The notes below the pieces were generated by a model that was given only the letters and a program-made list of their open reading frames with translations, did not search any database and had not been told where the DNA came from. A stretch of DNA of 63,731 nt, counting the filler, from Sluysia triapertura (Eukaryota): assembly GCA_046118255.1 (NCBI GenBank). It is 5 parts of 5 records of this genome, joined end to end, with 100 filler letters (N's around TTAATTAATTAA, not from the genome) between each part and the next. Parts side by side here need not be neighbours in the genome. Positions count along the whole stretch, not along the records: positions 15,812 to 26,893 come from JBJNIA010189198.1; positions 26,994 to 41,397 come from JBJNIA010260624.1; 3 more parts are not named here. One strand, written 5' to 3'. Positions 24,690 through 38,950 of the stretch are shown here, one piece after another. Within the stretch, counting starts at the first letter, position 1, and every line of letters starts with the position of its first letter. Made by a program: the position numbers and the translations under genes.

Positions 24690-25650
24690 ACAACATGATG
24701 AAAATCAGATGTTAAAAATATATTCGTCATGTTTAATTAAGGCATAAAAACATTTTTGAAAGATTATTTTTATTCAAATTTTTAATCACATAAGTGTAAT
24801 GCCAATTAAATATTAATTCCTAATATCAATTCTATTTAAAATTACTATTGCCCATTTAAATTTACCTTTAATATTAAAAAACGATGAATTTTTTTATACT
24901 ATCACTGTAATTATAATATTCATTTCATTTTTTTAAATTTAAATAAACAAAAATCATAAGTTTTCCTTAGTTATTTAGAGAAGAAACGACTAACATAAAA
25001 TCCACCTTTCATATTTATCTCACAATACAGTAAAGTAATAGTAATTAAGAATCAGAAGATTTTTTAATATCACTTAAGGTATAAGCTATAAGTTATTGAT
25101 AAACTACTTAATTTCAAGTTTTATATTTTAAAGTATTATATTATTATTTTATTTGTGATTCATATGACTGAATCTTAATAATGTAATGAATAGGTGACGA
25201 AAGGCATTAAATTTAAGAGAAGTTGTATTTCTTGTGAAACAAAAATTAATCGATAAAGTATGTTTTAATTGTATTGCAAAATGCTATTACGAAATTAACA
25301 TATAAAAAGAACCGTTTATGCTAAAATTCACAATTAAAACAATTTATTTCAATAAGTTAAGTATTAGCAACAATTATATATCATATAATAATTTAATTAA
25401 TTTAAAATACAAATTAATTAATAAATGATGCAACCATAGTAAGAATAACAACATTTACATACATTTATGAGATTATAAATCAGGGTAATATCTGCAACTA
25501 AAAAATGTAAACTTAATTTTTGAGGCACTTTGTGATCGTTTAATTTTTTAAATTTATTAATTTATTTTTGTTTTTTTTAGAATTATTATTTGATAAATTA
25601 AGTGGAATAATAATTAAAATTGCTAATGTTAAGTAAATAAATAAACTCAC

Positions 25651-25879
25651 TAGCATCGGTAAACGTTAACGTAAATCTGTTATCTGAACTATAACATGCC
25701 ATCTTAGCGTTATTTCCTAAATCCGCATCTGAACAAGTTAAACTGGATGCTGTCCCTGTAAATGATTCCGGTTTTGTCAGTGATACAGTTGTTGTACCAC
25801 AAGAAGGTGTGTTATCATTAACATCTGTTATAGTCACTGATAAGGTAGCAGTTGCAGTATTACCACCTTTGTCAGTAGC
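25651..25879 (-). CDS. Cadherin-repeat protein, exon 2
   Basis: tttag|GCTACTGAC...GATGCTA|gtgag. Encodes ATDKGGNTATATLSVTITDVNDNTPSCGTTTVSLTKPESFTGTASSLTCSDADLGNNAKMACYSSDNRFTLTFTDA, with canonical AxDxG, DVNDNxP and DxDxGxN motifs. Phase 0 to 1. Confidence 0.93.
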
Positions 25880-25977
25880 CTAAAAGTAATTATGAAATTA
25901 TTATATGACGTTATTTTATAAAGTATTTTTTGATAATTTTAAAATATGAGTCATCGTTTGATACTAAAAATTCTTAC

Positions 25978-26096
25978 TTTAATTATTAAATCTGGATAAC
26001 TAGATAATACTCCAGCAGCATCTCGATCTATACCTCCGGTTTTAGGTGTTACCACACAACTTGGTGATGCGATATCAAAATTAGAAGAACCGGTAC
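25978..26096 (-). CDS. Cadherin-repeat protein, exon 1 of 5 visible (gene extends beyond the contig)
   Basis: tgtag|GTACCGG...ATTAAA|gtaag. Encodes GTGSSNFDIASPSCVVTPKTGGIDRDAAGVLSSYPDLIIK and splices in frame to exon 2. Confidence 0.9.
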
Positions 26097-26893
26097 CTAC
26101 ATAATAATTAATAAAAATCCTAAAATGAATGCTTATACAATAGAAAAAGCATTAAAATCTTCATTAACATAATATTGAAATGTGAAATTTTGTATTCTAA
26201 TGTAATTTGACACAAACAAATTAAAAATTAAAACTTTCGAGATGAGTCACACAAATACATTGTAGCTGCCATATTTGATTTTCAAATTGTATAAACACAA
26301 ACAAAAACCTAAAATATTTATTTATTGAAAAATATTAAGAAATATTTTGCAGTAGTCCAAATATACTATTCGAAATATAAGAAAATTCTTTTAATTTGTT
26401 AAATTTTGAGATTTGAGTAATTATGAACTTTACTCAAAACATTTTAAATGAAAAAATAACGAAATTAAATTGTTACACTTATTGGTTTCCGAGCAGTATT
26501 ATTACAATAAATATATGTTTGGTAAGTTTCGGTGATTTTGAAAATGTCAGATTTTATTTTTAATAAGCACACATTCATTTTCTTATAATTTTAATATTAC
26601 TGTTAGGGTTGTTAGGGGATAAAGTGAATGTAAGGGTGTCGTGATGAAGGCGAATGGATCAACATTTTCAAAAGTTCTACAAGTTTCTTAATTTAATTAA
26701 ATTTGTTTCAAAATTATTTTAATCAATAATTTTGCATATTATGTTTGCATATGAGCGTGCAACATGTATAATGAAGTACAATTAAATTTATTAGTGCTAT
26801 GAATGCCGAGATAATGCGAAACACGTCAATGTAGATAACGTAAAATCATTACTTTTAATTAATTTTCTTCATTATAAGGTTAAATTTCTATGC

Positions 26894-26993
26894 NNNNNNN
26901 NNNNNNNNNNNNNNNNNNNNNNNNNNNNNNNNNNNNNTTAATTAATTAANNNNNNNNNNNNNNNNNNNNNNNNNNNNNNNNNNNNNNNNNNNN
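26894..26993. other. Artificial contig-joining spacer
   Basis: 44 N + TTAATTAATTAA + 44 N. Confidence 0.97.
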
Positions 26994-28802
26994 ATAGGTA
27001 AACGTAACAAATGCGTACTCAATGGACGTAATAAATATATTAACTCCTATAACTGTTATCAACTGTAATAATAATAGTTATACTTCTTATACAACCGAAT
27101 GTAGTTTAGTTGTATCAAAAAAATTTTATTAATTGAAAGTTTTAATATCACATTATATCTAGGATGATAAGTTAATTCTAGCGTCTTATTTATTTTTAAT
27201 ACCATTAAGCGTTGAAAAGTTATAAATTCTATTACATATCTAATAAAATTTGATTTTTTATCACAATAAACAAATAAACAAAACATTTTAATATAAATTT
27301 TATTAGGATAAACAAAAGTTTTAGAATTAGATTTTAAGTTTTGTTTTTCTTTAATGCATTCTCGAGCATATTCTATTCTCGAATTACGGCGTATGTTGTA
27401 TTTCTGAAGTTATGAAATTGTGAATTAAATGTTTTGGTTGAAGTTTATTGTACGTTAATGATTTTGAATGAAGAGGTTATTTCAATGTTATAAGATAATG
27501 AATGACATGTTTTAAATGAATTTTTTAATGTGATATGATGGTTTTACTGAAGATACAGTTTGGATGTTGAAGGTTTATGAGCTTAAATGTTTTGAGATAT
27601 ATAAAATGGTTTTAATGAATCTGAAAGAAATAAAATATAAGAGGTTTGGATGACAATTAGTTAAAGTGTTGCGGAAAGTATGTTGGATTAAATTTGTAGT
27701 GTCAAGAATTAATTTCTAAAGTAATACTTTGATGATTTTCAGTATTGACTGTAAATTTGGTGTGTGAGGGTGGCGTGGGCAAGGCTACAGTCGACAACGG
27801 TTGCAAAAGACAGTGTGAAATTCTAACGTAACTTAATATTTGAACATTTATTTTATTATACTATTATTTATAAATTGTATTTTATAAAAATATTTATTTT
27901 TATTATATCAAAGAAATGATATTAAAATAAATTTAATAATAATTGAGATTGAATTGAAATTAAACATTTAAAATTTTCAAATTGTTTAAATGGTTTAATG
28001 AATTATTTTAATATTTTGGTTATTTAAACGAACTATTTTGAAAATAAGCAATATGGCGTCTGTGAATTCTGCATAAAAACTAATGAATTTAACAGAATTC
28101 ACACAAGTCATAAAGCTGAAAACTATCTAGTCTTCTCTAACATTTGGTTTTGCAATCCATGTACAAAGTAAGATTTTTACTGTTAAGTTTAATCTTCTCA
28201 CCGTAACTGGGAGAAGTAAAATATACTTAAATTAATAATTTGTTTTATACTTAGACCGTAACAGGATAAGTTAACCTTTATTTAAAATTATTTAAACTAA
28301 ATCATTAAGATTTAAGTATTAAATTGAATATTATTATTATAGTGTGCTATATTACTTATTCTTAAAATTTGAAATTTGTGGTGTATTAAGATCTTTTCAA
28401 CAGTATACGTTATAGGAAGTTTTGAGTTATTTATTAAAGAATTAAAATCAATTGTAGATACTAAAAATATTAAAAATATTCATGATCAAATGTAAATATT
28501 AAATATTTTTGTAAATAAAACAATTTAGTAATTAATTAATAAGTACAAAAAGATAATATTTTAGTTAAAGAAATAAAACTTTTTATCTTTTAATAATCTA
28601 TAACATTTTAGTTAAAGAAACAAAACTTTAATTTTGCCGAAAAAATTAATAAGATAATATTTTAACAAAACTTTTAATAATTGCCGAAATAATAAGATAA
28701 TATTTTTAGTCAAAACTTTTATATTTACCGAAATGATATGTTATTAGATTTTTATCTATTGAACCGATATATAAGTCGGTAAAGATTAAAACAATAAAAT
28801 CA

Positions 28803-29120
28803 TATAAATAGCTTACGATTTTAGTTAAAACGTACAATTAAAAAGAGTTTTTTTAATTTTTGACGGAGAGATTTCTACGAAAGGTTACGTCTCAATAATT
28901 GGGATTGTTATTGGAGAATTTATTATTCGCGAATTGGGTTCATTGGCGGATTCATTATTTGCTAATTGGGATTATAATTGGAGAATCTATTAAATCGGAA
29001 TTCGGCTATTGTAGACGGTCACTGGAAGCAGCATAATATTAATTTGAAATTAACCGTAAGCTATTTATTGTTAAGTAGTTCACAGCAATTGTCTGTGTCA
29101 AAATCCGCGTAAACTAACAT
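28803..29120. repeat. Second copy of the convergent-motif module (homologue of about 406-830)
   Basis: tataaatagcttacga (28803, +) and taaccgtaagctatttat (29051, -). The right flank taagt..acagcaat..aaaat..taaact matches 776-820. Confidence 0.7.
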
Positions 29121-30389
29121 TATTTTCCACACCCAAGTATTCACCTGGGTTAAAATCACTTTAAAATCTTATTTGACAATTCATTAGGAGAAATCCTAAA
29201 GTTGATATATTTATTATTATTATCATTTATACTTGTAAAATTAAACTTTTTCTTTTGTTTGTGTATAATAAATAGTTCATAGAATACTTAAAGTTTGTTA
29301 TAATCAGTGGTAAAGAAATCAATTAAAGGAAATTGAGTTTGTAATAAGAAAAGATACATACAAAAGACCCTCCATTAAATAGCATTAAGACTAAGGACTC
29401 TTTCGTAGCACTGACATATTAAACCCTATAACTAAGTCTTCCGCGAGATATAAATCTTAGATTATAGGCGAACCCGTCTAAAGCATTTTATAATTGTCCA
29501 GTTAAGTTTGTTGATAAAATCTGAACATAACAAATTAAAGTGGATTTTAATGCTAACTTTATATTTGCAAAAATTTTGAGTAAAATATTAATTCTTGAAT
29601 TAATCATGAATGAAAACTTATAATATTAGAAATTATAATCTCTATAATAATTTATTTTCGAAAATTTCGTGATATAATCAATGAGCAGATATTTCAAGTC
29701 AGGAACTTTTAGGATCTTATATTGTACGTGGTTGTTGAATTTTATACTTTTATTATGACATAATGTGTATTATGTTCAAGGTGTAGAATTCTGGACTCGT
29801 TTAAGTATATTAGGAAAAGAGATAAAGGAAGTCTCACTACGTTTGCATAGCATCGACTTTAAGAAGCCAAAGATTATTAAGAGAATTGACTTGGCATTTA
29901 AAGATAATAGGTTTACTGACAATTAAGCGACTGAAAGCATAGATAATATGGTATCGGTCAAGATGACTTTTAAGGATAACCATGAATGCTTCAACAGATT
30001 TAGGTTTATAATTTACCATGTCGAGATTCATGTCTGTAACAGTAAGTTTTATGTAGTTAAGTTTAACCTTATATGTTAATTTAAAAGAAAAAACGGATAA
30101 AATGTGACAACAAAGAGAATTACATGCTTGATGATGCTTCAAAATAGAATATTTTGTAACGTTCGACTGATTCGCATGTTGTAAATGAATTGTAATTAAT
30201 ACATCACAAGTAGAAAGGCTCTAACTCCTATTTAGTGAATAGCTAAGTTTTAAACAAAATTAATCATTATTGAAAATTACGAATCTTACAGTTAATTTAC
30301 ACTTTGATTCACTTAGCAAACTATTAATATTTTTTACATATACAAAGAAATCAAAACTAAAACTAAACTATATATGAGATTAAAATCAT

Positions 30390-31200
30390 GGCTAGAGCCT
30401 CCTGAATACCTTATAAAGTATTTAACAACTTTATAACCATAATAAAACCTTTAAACTTGGAATAAAATTAATTAATTAATTAACTTAATTAAGGAAAATT
30501 ATGTTTGTGTGAATAACCTTTGAATGAGGAAAGCTATGTTTAAACTGTAATTGTGCATTTATGTGTTTTAAAGAGGCTTTTCGATGAAGATAAGGCTTGA
30601 CCAAGTTCATGTGAGGAAAGCCTCTATATTGAGCAAAGTCGAATTTAAATTAACTTTTAATTTAAAATAATGGAATTTTCATATTTAGAATGATGAAGAG
30701 ATGATGAACTGTGTCTGAAGTGATTGCTATTAAATAGGAGAATCCAGAAATGAGATCGAAATGTTTGTGAAATGGTTCGTTTGGGAATGAGAACCTTAAA
30801 CATTTTCCATTAAAAACTGAGTGTGAGGAAATGAAAATTAATTGAAATGTAAAAACTAAAGTTAAATTCATTATTTTTAATAATAATTGTTATTTTAATG
30901 TAAGAAGTGATTCATGAAAAACTAGATCGAGTAGAATAGAAGAAAAAAAATAGAGTTGATTGTTAATCGAATTGTTTTGTTTTTCCTGACAGTGGTTCCG
31001 TGTCGTTTTATTCGGTTTAATCTTTAAAAGAGGTTTTGATTATTTGTAGAAGAGTAATTCATGATTGCGAAAGTGGAAATTATTGGATGACATAAAAGTA
31101 TAAATTAGAACACTTAGGCATTTTTACTCAAAAGTAAAAAGGAGACATTATTCACAGCTGATCCAGAAAAGAAGATCCATGTTTTTAGTAACATTTTATT
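30390..31200. repeat. Copy of the collagen-like end plus module X
   Basis: Colinear with about 17505-18400: cctcctgaatRccttataaa, aataaaacctttaaac, then module X. Confidence 0.9.
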
Positions 31201-31315
31201 TTATTTTTAAATAGACATTAATTTTAATTAATTTTATTGACATACTTAAAATAAATTTTCAAATGTGATTAAGGAATATTTTACTATAATAGTTCAGATT
31301 TTACAACTATTAATC

Positions 31316-31490
31316 ATTTTTAGTAGTGCTTAATATAGATTTATAATAATATTAATTTGTAATTTAATTTGCTCATTTTTAGTAGTGCCTAATAAAGATT
31401 TATAATAATAATAGTTTATAATTGATTTAATAATTTTTAGTACTGCTTAATAGAGATTTATAATAATACGAATTTGTAGTTTATTTTTGA
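31316..31490. repeat. About 59-bp tandem repeat, 3 diverged copies
   Basis: atttttagtaStgcYtaata.agatttataataata occurs three times. Confidence 0.85.
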
Positions 31491-32128
31491 TTAATCAGTA
31501 AATTATTTTCTTGTTATTGATTTAATTTTCTTTTAAAAAATTAGTTTTGGGGAGAATAATTATTATTAATAAGTAAGAAAATTATTGATAATTTATATTT
31601 GATATAGTGGTTACGTAAATAATTAATTCTTTATTTAACTCAAATAATATTTTGAAAGGACCCAAAATAAAACATTAACACGTAATATAAAAATAACATT
31701 TGTCAATATATTTGTCATTAATTGATTTGTCATGACAGCTTACTCATAATTTTCTACAATATTTTCATTGAAATTCGTACAATATTATTTGATTGTTCAT
31801 AAATAATCAAGATAATAAGTTGTCTTGAATTACTTTTAAATTTTCTATTTCGCTTATTACTATTTTATTTGTTGACATTTCAGAGTGGCTTAAGTTGAAT
31901 TTAAGTAGAATTTTAAAATGTTTCATTAGCTGGGCCAATGTGTAGTTCTTCGCAATTCAACAATAACCTAATAAGTAACTTCTTTTTTGCAATATATGCT
32001 ATCGATATGTGATTGCAATACATGAAACCGATTCCATTTTATTCACAATTTTCAACCTTCAAATGACAACAGATAAACAGAATCGAAAAATAAAGCAAGA
32101 CTTTGTGAACAATGTGTTAAGTCAAATT

Positions 32129-33163
<1,035 letters not shown>

Positions 33164-33846
33164 TCACTAGAAGAAGTAAGTAGGCAAACACTTCCAGTGT
33201 AAGTCTGTTTCGTCGGCATTATATATTTGGTCGGGTTGTTGTGATAATATTTTGTTTTTATACATATTATTGAAATATACTCAAAATTGTTACATTTAGA
33301 TAAATTTATTAATTGAGCTAATTTGTTTATATTTAAATGTATGAGAAAATTTTGCATATAAAAACATTTAATTAAATTAATCTCGATTTTATTATTTACC
33401 AAAGAAATACAAAAATAGGCACTTAATTGATTTATTTGACAAAAAATTTTAATAGTGATATTTAAATTTCGCTGTGGTCTGATCATTTTCTGAACATGTC
33501 TCACCATATCGAAAATTGAAGTTCTAAAAAGATATAAATATAAATATAAGATTCGATTTACATAAGAATAAGTTAAATTAAAATCTAATATTACTTTAAA
33601 GTTATGTTGATTTCTCAAATCTAATGGTGATTATGTCATACTTAACAATAAGATACTGATCCTAAGATGATGATCATTGAGGTTTGAAATTAGATTAAAC
33701 AGGTCTCTAATTTCACCATTCTGCATTCTTCCAAATAAGCATAAATCTTGTATGTAATATTTGCATTGATGATAAGGTTGTAACGTTGTTACTATAGTAA
33801 CGTTTTAAATTGTCAGTATTTGTCTTTACTTTTGTCATGTCTTTTA

Positions 33847-34233
33847 CTAATGGCATAATTTTATATGTGAGTCCATAATTTTATACGAGTCCACGTCAAT
33901 AGGGAAATGTTTACTTTCATCTATTTTCATCACGATATCAATTAAAGTATTAAGATGGTTGGTATTGAATCGTTTTATTTGAAAGTCATGAGTTATTTCC
34001 GAGAATTTTCTTACATCATCTTGTTTTGCATTATGTTTGTCTACTGAATTTAACATACAATTTGAAGGCAAAGAACGAATTTCGATAAGTTTCGCGAATT
34101 TAGATTCTATAATTGGTTCTTTAACGAATTCTAATATTTTAAACATTAAGTCATCAAATTGTACGATTAACATGAATCTTAACGATATATAACCAAAAGG
34201 TTCATGGTTAGATAACATGGTTTCGATAAACAA
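33847..34233 (-). CDS. 128-aa ORF of unknown function, probably part of a longer decayed reading frame (about 33150-34500)
   Basis: Long for this base composition and protein-like. Flanks look coding but contain stops. No motif recognised. Confidence 0.35.
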   Translation of the reverse strand: MFIETMLSNHEPFGYISLRFMLIVQFDDLMFKILEFVKEPIIESKFAKLIEIRSLPSNCMLNSVDKHNAKQDDVRKFSEITHDFQIKRFNTNHLNTLIDIVMKIDESKHFPIDVDSYKIMDSHIKLCH

Positions 34234-35048
34234 TTACTGTATACAAAATTCGACTTGAAAATATTGATATAAATTCTACAAACAATAAATCTGATTAAAT
34301 AATATCGAAATGTAAATTAAATTGATTTGTTTTATAACCTGTACTTATAAAATTGTTTATACATCGACGATAACAATAAAACTCTAAAGATTCGCAAGAT
34401 AAAATTATTGTGAAATTCTGAACTTGTCTTTTTACAACAATGATTATTTATTTTTTGTGACAGTTAAAATTCTGCTGACGAATAATAATTTTTTAATTCT
34501 AACACTTTTGTGATTTGTATTCTGTAACTGTCATTTGTTGTTCAATCAGAACGAGAGATAATAATGGAAACAGTAATTCTGGTTGGACAACCAATGAAAG
34601 CACAGAAATAGTAGTGACAAATTGGTAGCATATAATTAATGACGATAGAAGTGAAATTAATTGGAAAGATCTCAATGATGTGTCTGTGAATGACGTGTCA
34701 TATGCTCTAGAAAAAATACCACATTATTTACATATCAACACATTGAAGTACAAGAGGTTATGATTCATCGTCCAAATCAATCTAAGAAAAATAATAAACA
34801 GCATTTAATAGCAATACCTCCTACAAACTATCCTTCTGGTTTGACAAAATCCCAAACTATACCATAAAAATATAACAGCTAATCCATTTATTAAGAAAAA
34901 TCATAGTTAGGATTCTTAATTTTTTTACTCCTAAAATTAAATATGGTTCTGTAATTAAATAAATAAAAATTTAAGAAATTAAACTAACGTATTATTTTAT
35001 TTTTCTATGTATCTTTTCACTTTCTTTATGTGTTTTATTATTATTTAG

Positions 35049-35996
35049 AAATTTTGTACCATGACTACACCACACGCAAAAATTATTAATAATATTTCCT
35101 CTTTCTACAACGGCATAGACCGTTATTGTGGCCAGAATGATTCGCCTTTGACTTTTCTCAGACCAAACCTAACTCCAAATATACTTAAAAGTGAACTCGA
35201 TGAACCTTTTATTACACATCTTTTTCGCATAAACTTAATAGAAGCGCCTCTAGTAGGATATCCGGAAAACAATAAAACAATCCTAATTGCTGCAGCCAGA
35301 GGTAACATTAAAGTTACCATGTATGTTGACTTTGTTCCATTACAATTTCGCATTCAAAGTTATTCTTCGCTATATATCACCAATGCTTCAAGCAAATGTA
35401 GGATATACGTGGAACCAGTCGAAATTCCGACGTCTTATGCAATCTTATTCGCTTTGGAAGAAAATAGACCTAATTTAGATAAATACCAACTTTTATATGC
35501 TTCAGATACCAATTCTATGTATAAATGGGAGGAGTGTATCACATTCACGCACACTCCAGAAATCAGAAAAATCACATTTGGTCTTTACGGGCACGCAATG
35601 TATTCTGGATTTTAGAGATAAGCATCAGATTATCAGAATGTGTATGATGCCTTATCATCAAACTCTTCACATCACCGAAACAATTAAACCGAGAATAAGG
35701 ATCAAAAACTACCTAACTATCGACCATGGCATGAAGGAAAATGATTTAAGCAATTCAAAAGATATTAATGATATCTGAAAAAGATGATGATCTCCTTGTA
35801 TAATAAAGTTCTGGTATCTTTTTACCCAGAACTCATAATAGAACCTTGGATATTCCATGCGGTTAGTTGCGAAGTGTTGTGAATCTAACCAATTTCAAGA
35901 GTCCGGAGACTTTTACACTTGCTGTACGCCTTTGTTCCAAAGTCATTTACGTGTGAGCAGCACACGAAGGACTATATTTCTCTTTTTACTACTTTG
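35049..35996 (+). pseudogene. Exon-shaped relic (184-aa open segment, then stops), weak resemblance to the pre-GPS region of polycystin-1-like proteins
   Basis: Pyrimidine tract and tttag| at 35048, putative donor gtaggt at about 35997, elevated GC. YAILFALEENRPNLDKYQL and a later Cys-rich segment. The family assignment is a guess. Confidence 0.35.
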
Positions 35997-36419
35997 GTAG
36001 GTAAAGACGAATCTTTTAGACGATATTAGTAAATCTTTTACAAAAAATCTTACTTACAATCTTTTGTTAAATATTTGGATCTTATAATATATCATACGTA
36101 AAATCATTGATAAAATTATCTGATTTCTTAAATTTTAACCGTCTAGAGTTAAAATACGTAAAATAATATTATTTATTTTACTACGTTATCATTGATTCAT
36201 AATAAATTATTAAAGGAGATTCTTTATTATTCAATTTATATCATTTCAAATTTTAATATCCGTAGGCTAAAGTGCTTTCAACAATTGGAATTTAAATCTA
36301 ATTACGCAAAATATTTTTAAGATTCCAATTCAAGGAATCTACGTAAAATCACTCAAATAATATTATCATTATTAATTTTTTGATAAAAACCCATAAAATT
36401 TTTTAATACAAAAACTTAC

Positions 36420-38065
36420 CTCCAGACATTTTAATTTGATATTTATCGAAGCCCTTTGAGCATTTCTTTTAGCCTCATTTAAGAAATCCTTTTATTCACA
36501 AATCCAGTACATTGGTGAACTCACATTAAACTTTTGCTTTATTCTATTACTTTAAACTAATCACAATCGTGAGACAGAAACTCTACTCCCGATATGAGTT
36601 AGTTAGTTTCAAGGGTGATCTTTGCTAGATGTTAAAATCTTTTGCATAAAAAGTTCTCCGAATATTTCATTTTATCGACGGAACTTTCCAGTAGTATTGA
36701 TTACATAAAGAGCCTCATGGCTTTGAAACATTATTGTGCTGTTCCGTGTTGCACTCAATGGACACCTCCAACATTTTCGGTTTCTTCGAAATTCGGAAGG
36801 TTTCCAGAGACCTATTTCTTGGTTCTTGAAGTAATGTTGAATTGTCTTGTCGGCATTGAATCCACAATATTTCAAAACAAGATCAGTAGACGGTTGTAAA
36901 GATTTGCAAGAGAAGAAAAAGCTTACATTCTATTTGTTCGTATCTATAGCTTTCTTTTCTTATGGAACCCTTATTTATTTTTTCCAATGTGCACGCTTGT
37001 GCGTGTTACTAAGATTATAAGTAGATAGACAGAATGTGAGTGTATAAGCCGTGCAATCGTTTACAGAAATATATGACAGTGTGCATAATGAATGTTGTAT
37101 CTGTCATTGTTATCGGAGTAATTTTTATAATTTTAAATTGTAGAAATCAGTTATTTTATCATTTTGTAAAACCATTACATAATTTATAAAATATTTAAAA
37201 TCATTTATTACACAAAGTTTTAAAAATTTAAAATGACCACCTTTTGCTAAAAAACGTTTACAAAGTAACTTTTGGTGTCCACATACGGAAATGTTGACAT
37301 TAAATTCACAATATTACAATAATGTTCATACCAACATTTGATTATAATAAGGTCCTTAGCAATTTGAAATGGAGTGTGTACATTCGCCTAGAAAAGTTTG
37401 ATCACTTTTATATTAACAGAGGTGCCACAATGAATATCCATTTCCGTGACATTAATGAATATATATTTAAACGAACACATTATTTGATTATCCAAAAATG
37501 AATCTACAATTGCAAATGCACTTATTCGTGCTCTGTATTATTTTTTCATATGATCGTAGTGTATCAAAAGCACAACAACTTTCTTCATATGATACTTCAA
37601 GAAAGTTATAAATATAAATTGAAAAGAAATGGCGATGGAATAGAGTTACTGAAAGTAACTGTGCTAGACTTTTAGTTGATACTAGTTGATTGTACATTTC
37701 TGTTGTAACTTGCGGGAACTTCATTAAGAAAACTGTGTCTCCTTGGCATCCAGCAGCAGCAGAACTCATAAATGAGGCAGAATTAGTAAGTAATCGTTTA
37801 CATTATCTACACATATTTCTTCAATTGTCTGAAAAATGTACTCATAATCCATGAATTTGAATCAGCAACAATATACAATTTAATATCCAAATTGTGCAAT
37901 TTAATAATTAATTCTTTCCTTCCATCAACAAATGTCATCAAGGCAATTCTTATTTTTAATTCACTTTCACCAATCCCTTAAAACACATCTTGCATCAATA
38001 TGTTTCGATGTATAGTCCGCAAAAATCATACTACATACTCTTATTTTTTAATCATCCTTCGGGTC
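36420..38065 (-). pseudogene. Decayed multi-exon gene relic of unknown family
   Basis: GC-elevated coding-like blocks (about 37250-38065 and 36420-36990) bounded by cgtag| and |gtaag, with many in-frame stops. The blocks share YCEFNVN / YCGFNAD. Confidence 0.4.
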
Positions 38066-38589
38066 CTACGAACAATTTAAAGAACCTATTATCATACTAA
38101 ATAATAAAATTATAAGAAAATAATAAAAATAGTGAAATAATACAAATAATAATAAAGTAGTAAAAATTATAAAATAAAAAATAGTACGCACAATGATTCG
38201 AATGGCGATAGGAGGAAAGGGGACTATGATGTTGGAATATATAGCTTACCTAATTATTATAATATTAATGTTAATGATTTTGGTGTGAGATTTGTAGTCT
38301 GTAGGGTATTATTTGTGGTTTGTATTAAATGTAGTAAGGTAACAATGAAAAGAAAAGATTAAATGTAAAGTTTTTGAATTTGATGATAACACAATTATTG
38401 ATGACAGTGGCACCACATCCATTTTATTACTTTCTTTATGTACATATGCACATTTCTTATTATTTTTATTTTTATGATATTATTATTGTGTATGTCTGTG
38501 CACGTATGCAATTATTCAATGAATTTACAATCACTTATCATAACTATTTTAATTATATCTCAATTTTTGTGTGACTTATGGACATATTT

Positions 38590-38950
38590 CATTTCTTCTC
38601 TATGTTCAACTTTTCTAAGTTAAGAACAATTATGAAATTAAACTTACGTGTCTGCCTGTGATGTACGGTTTTATTGCATGAAAGACGTACTCACAAGAAA
38701 TTTATTGTAAAGTCAGAATGCTACGCAAGAATTCCTTAAACTTTGCAGTAATGAGGGTCTATATCAATGATCAAATAATTCTTAAATTCATTCAAATTTA
38801 ACATATATATTTTTAAAATAGATTTTAAAATAGATTTTGACTCAGCCTAATACGTGGGTTTCAAAGGATCCAAGAATTTTAAGTGTATTTTAAGGAAAAT
38901 ATTATTGCCGCAATCTTAAAATATAGTACATACTTATTATACATGGAATT
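38590..38950. repeat. Copy of module Y
   Basis: Colinear matches to 18754-19297. Confidence 0.8.

Noticed and set aside
36717-36760. THAP domain start (MALKHYCAVPCC) of a P-element or Harbinger-type gene
   Set aside because: No downstream FP, W or CxxHF signature. The opposite strand looks like the former coding strand.
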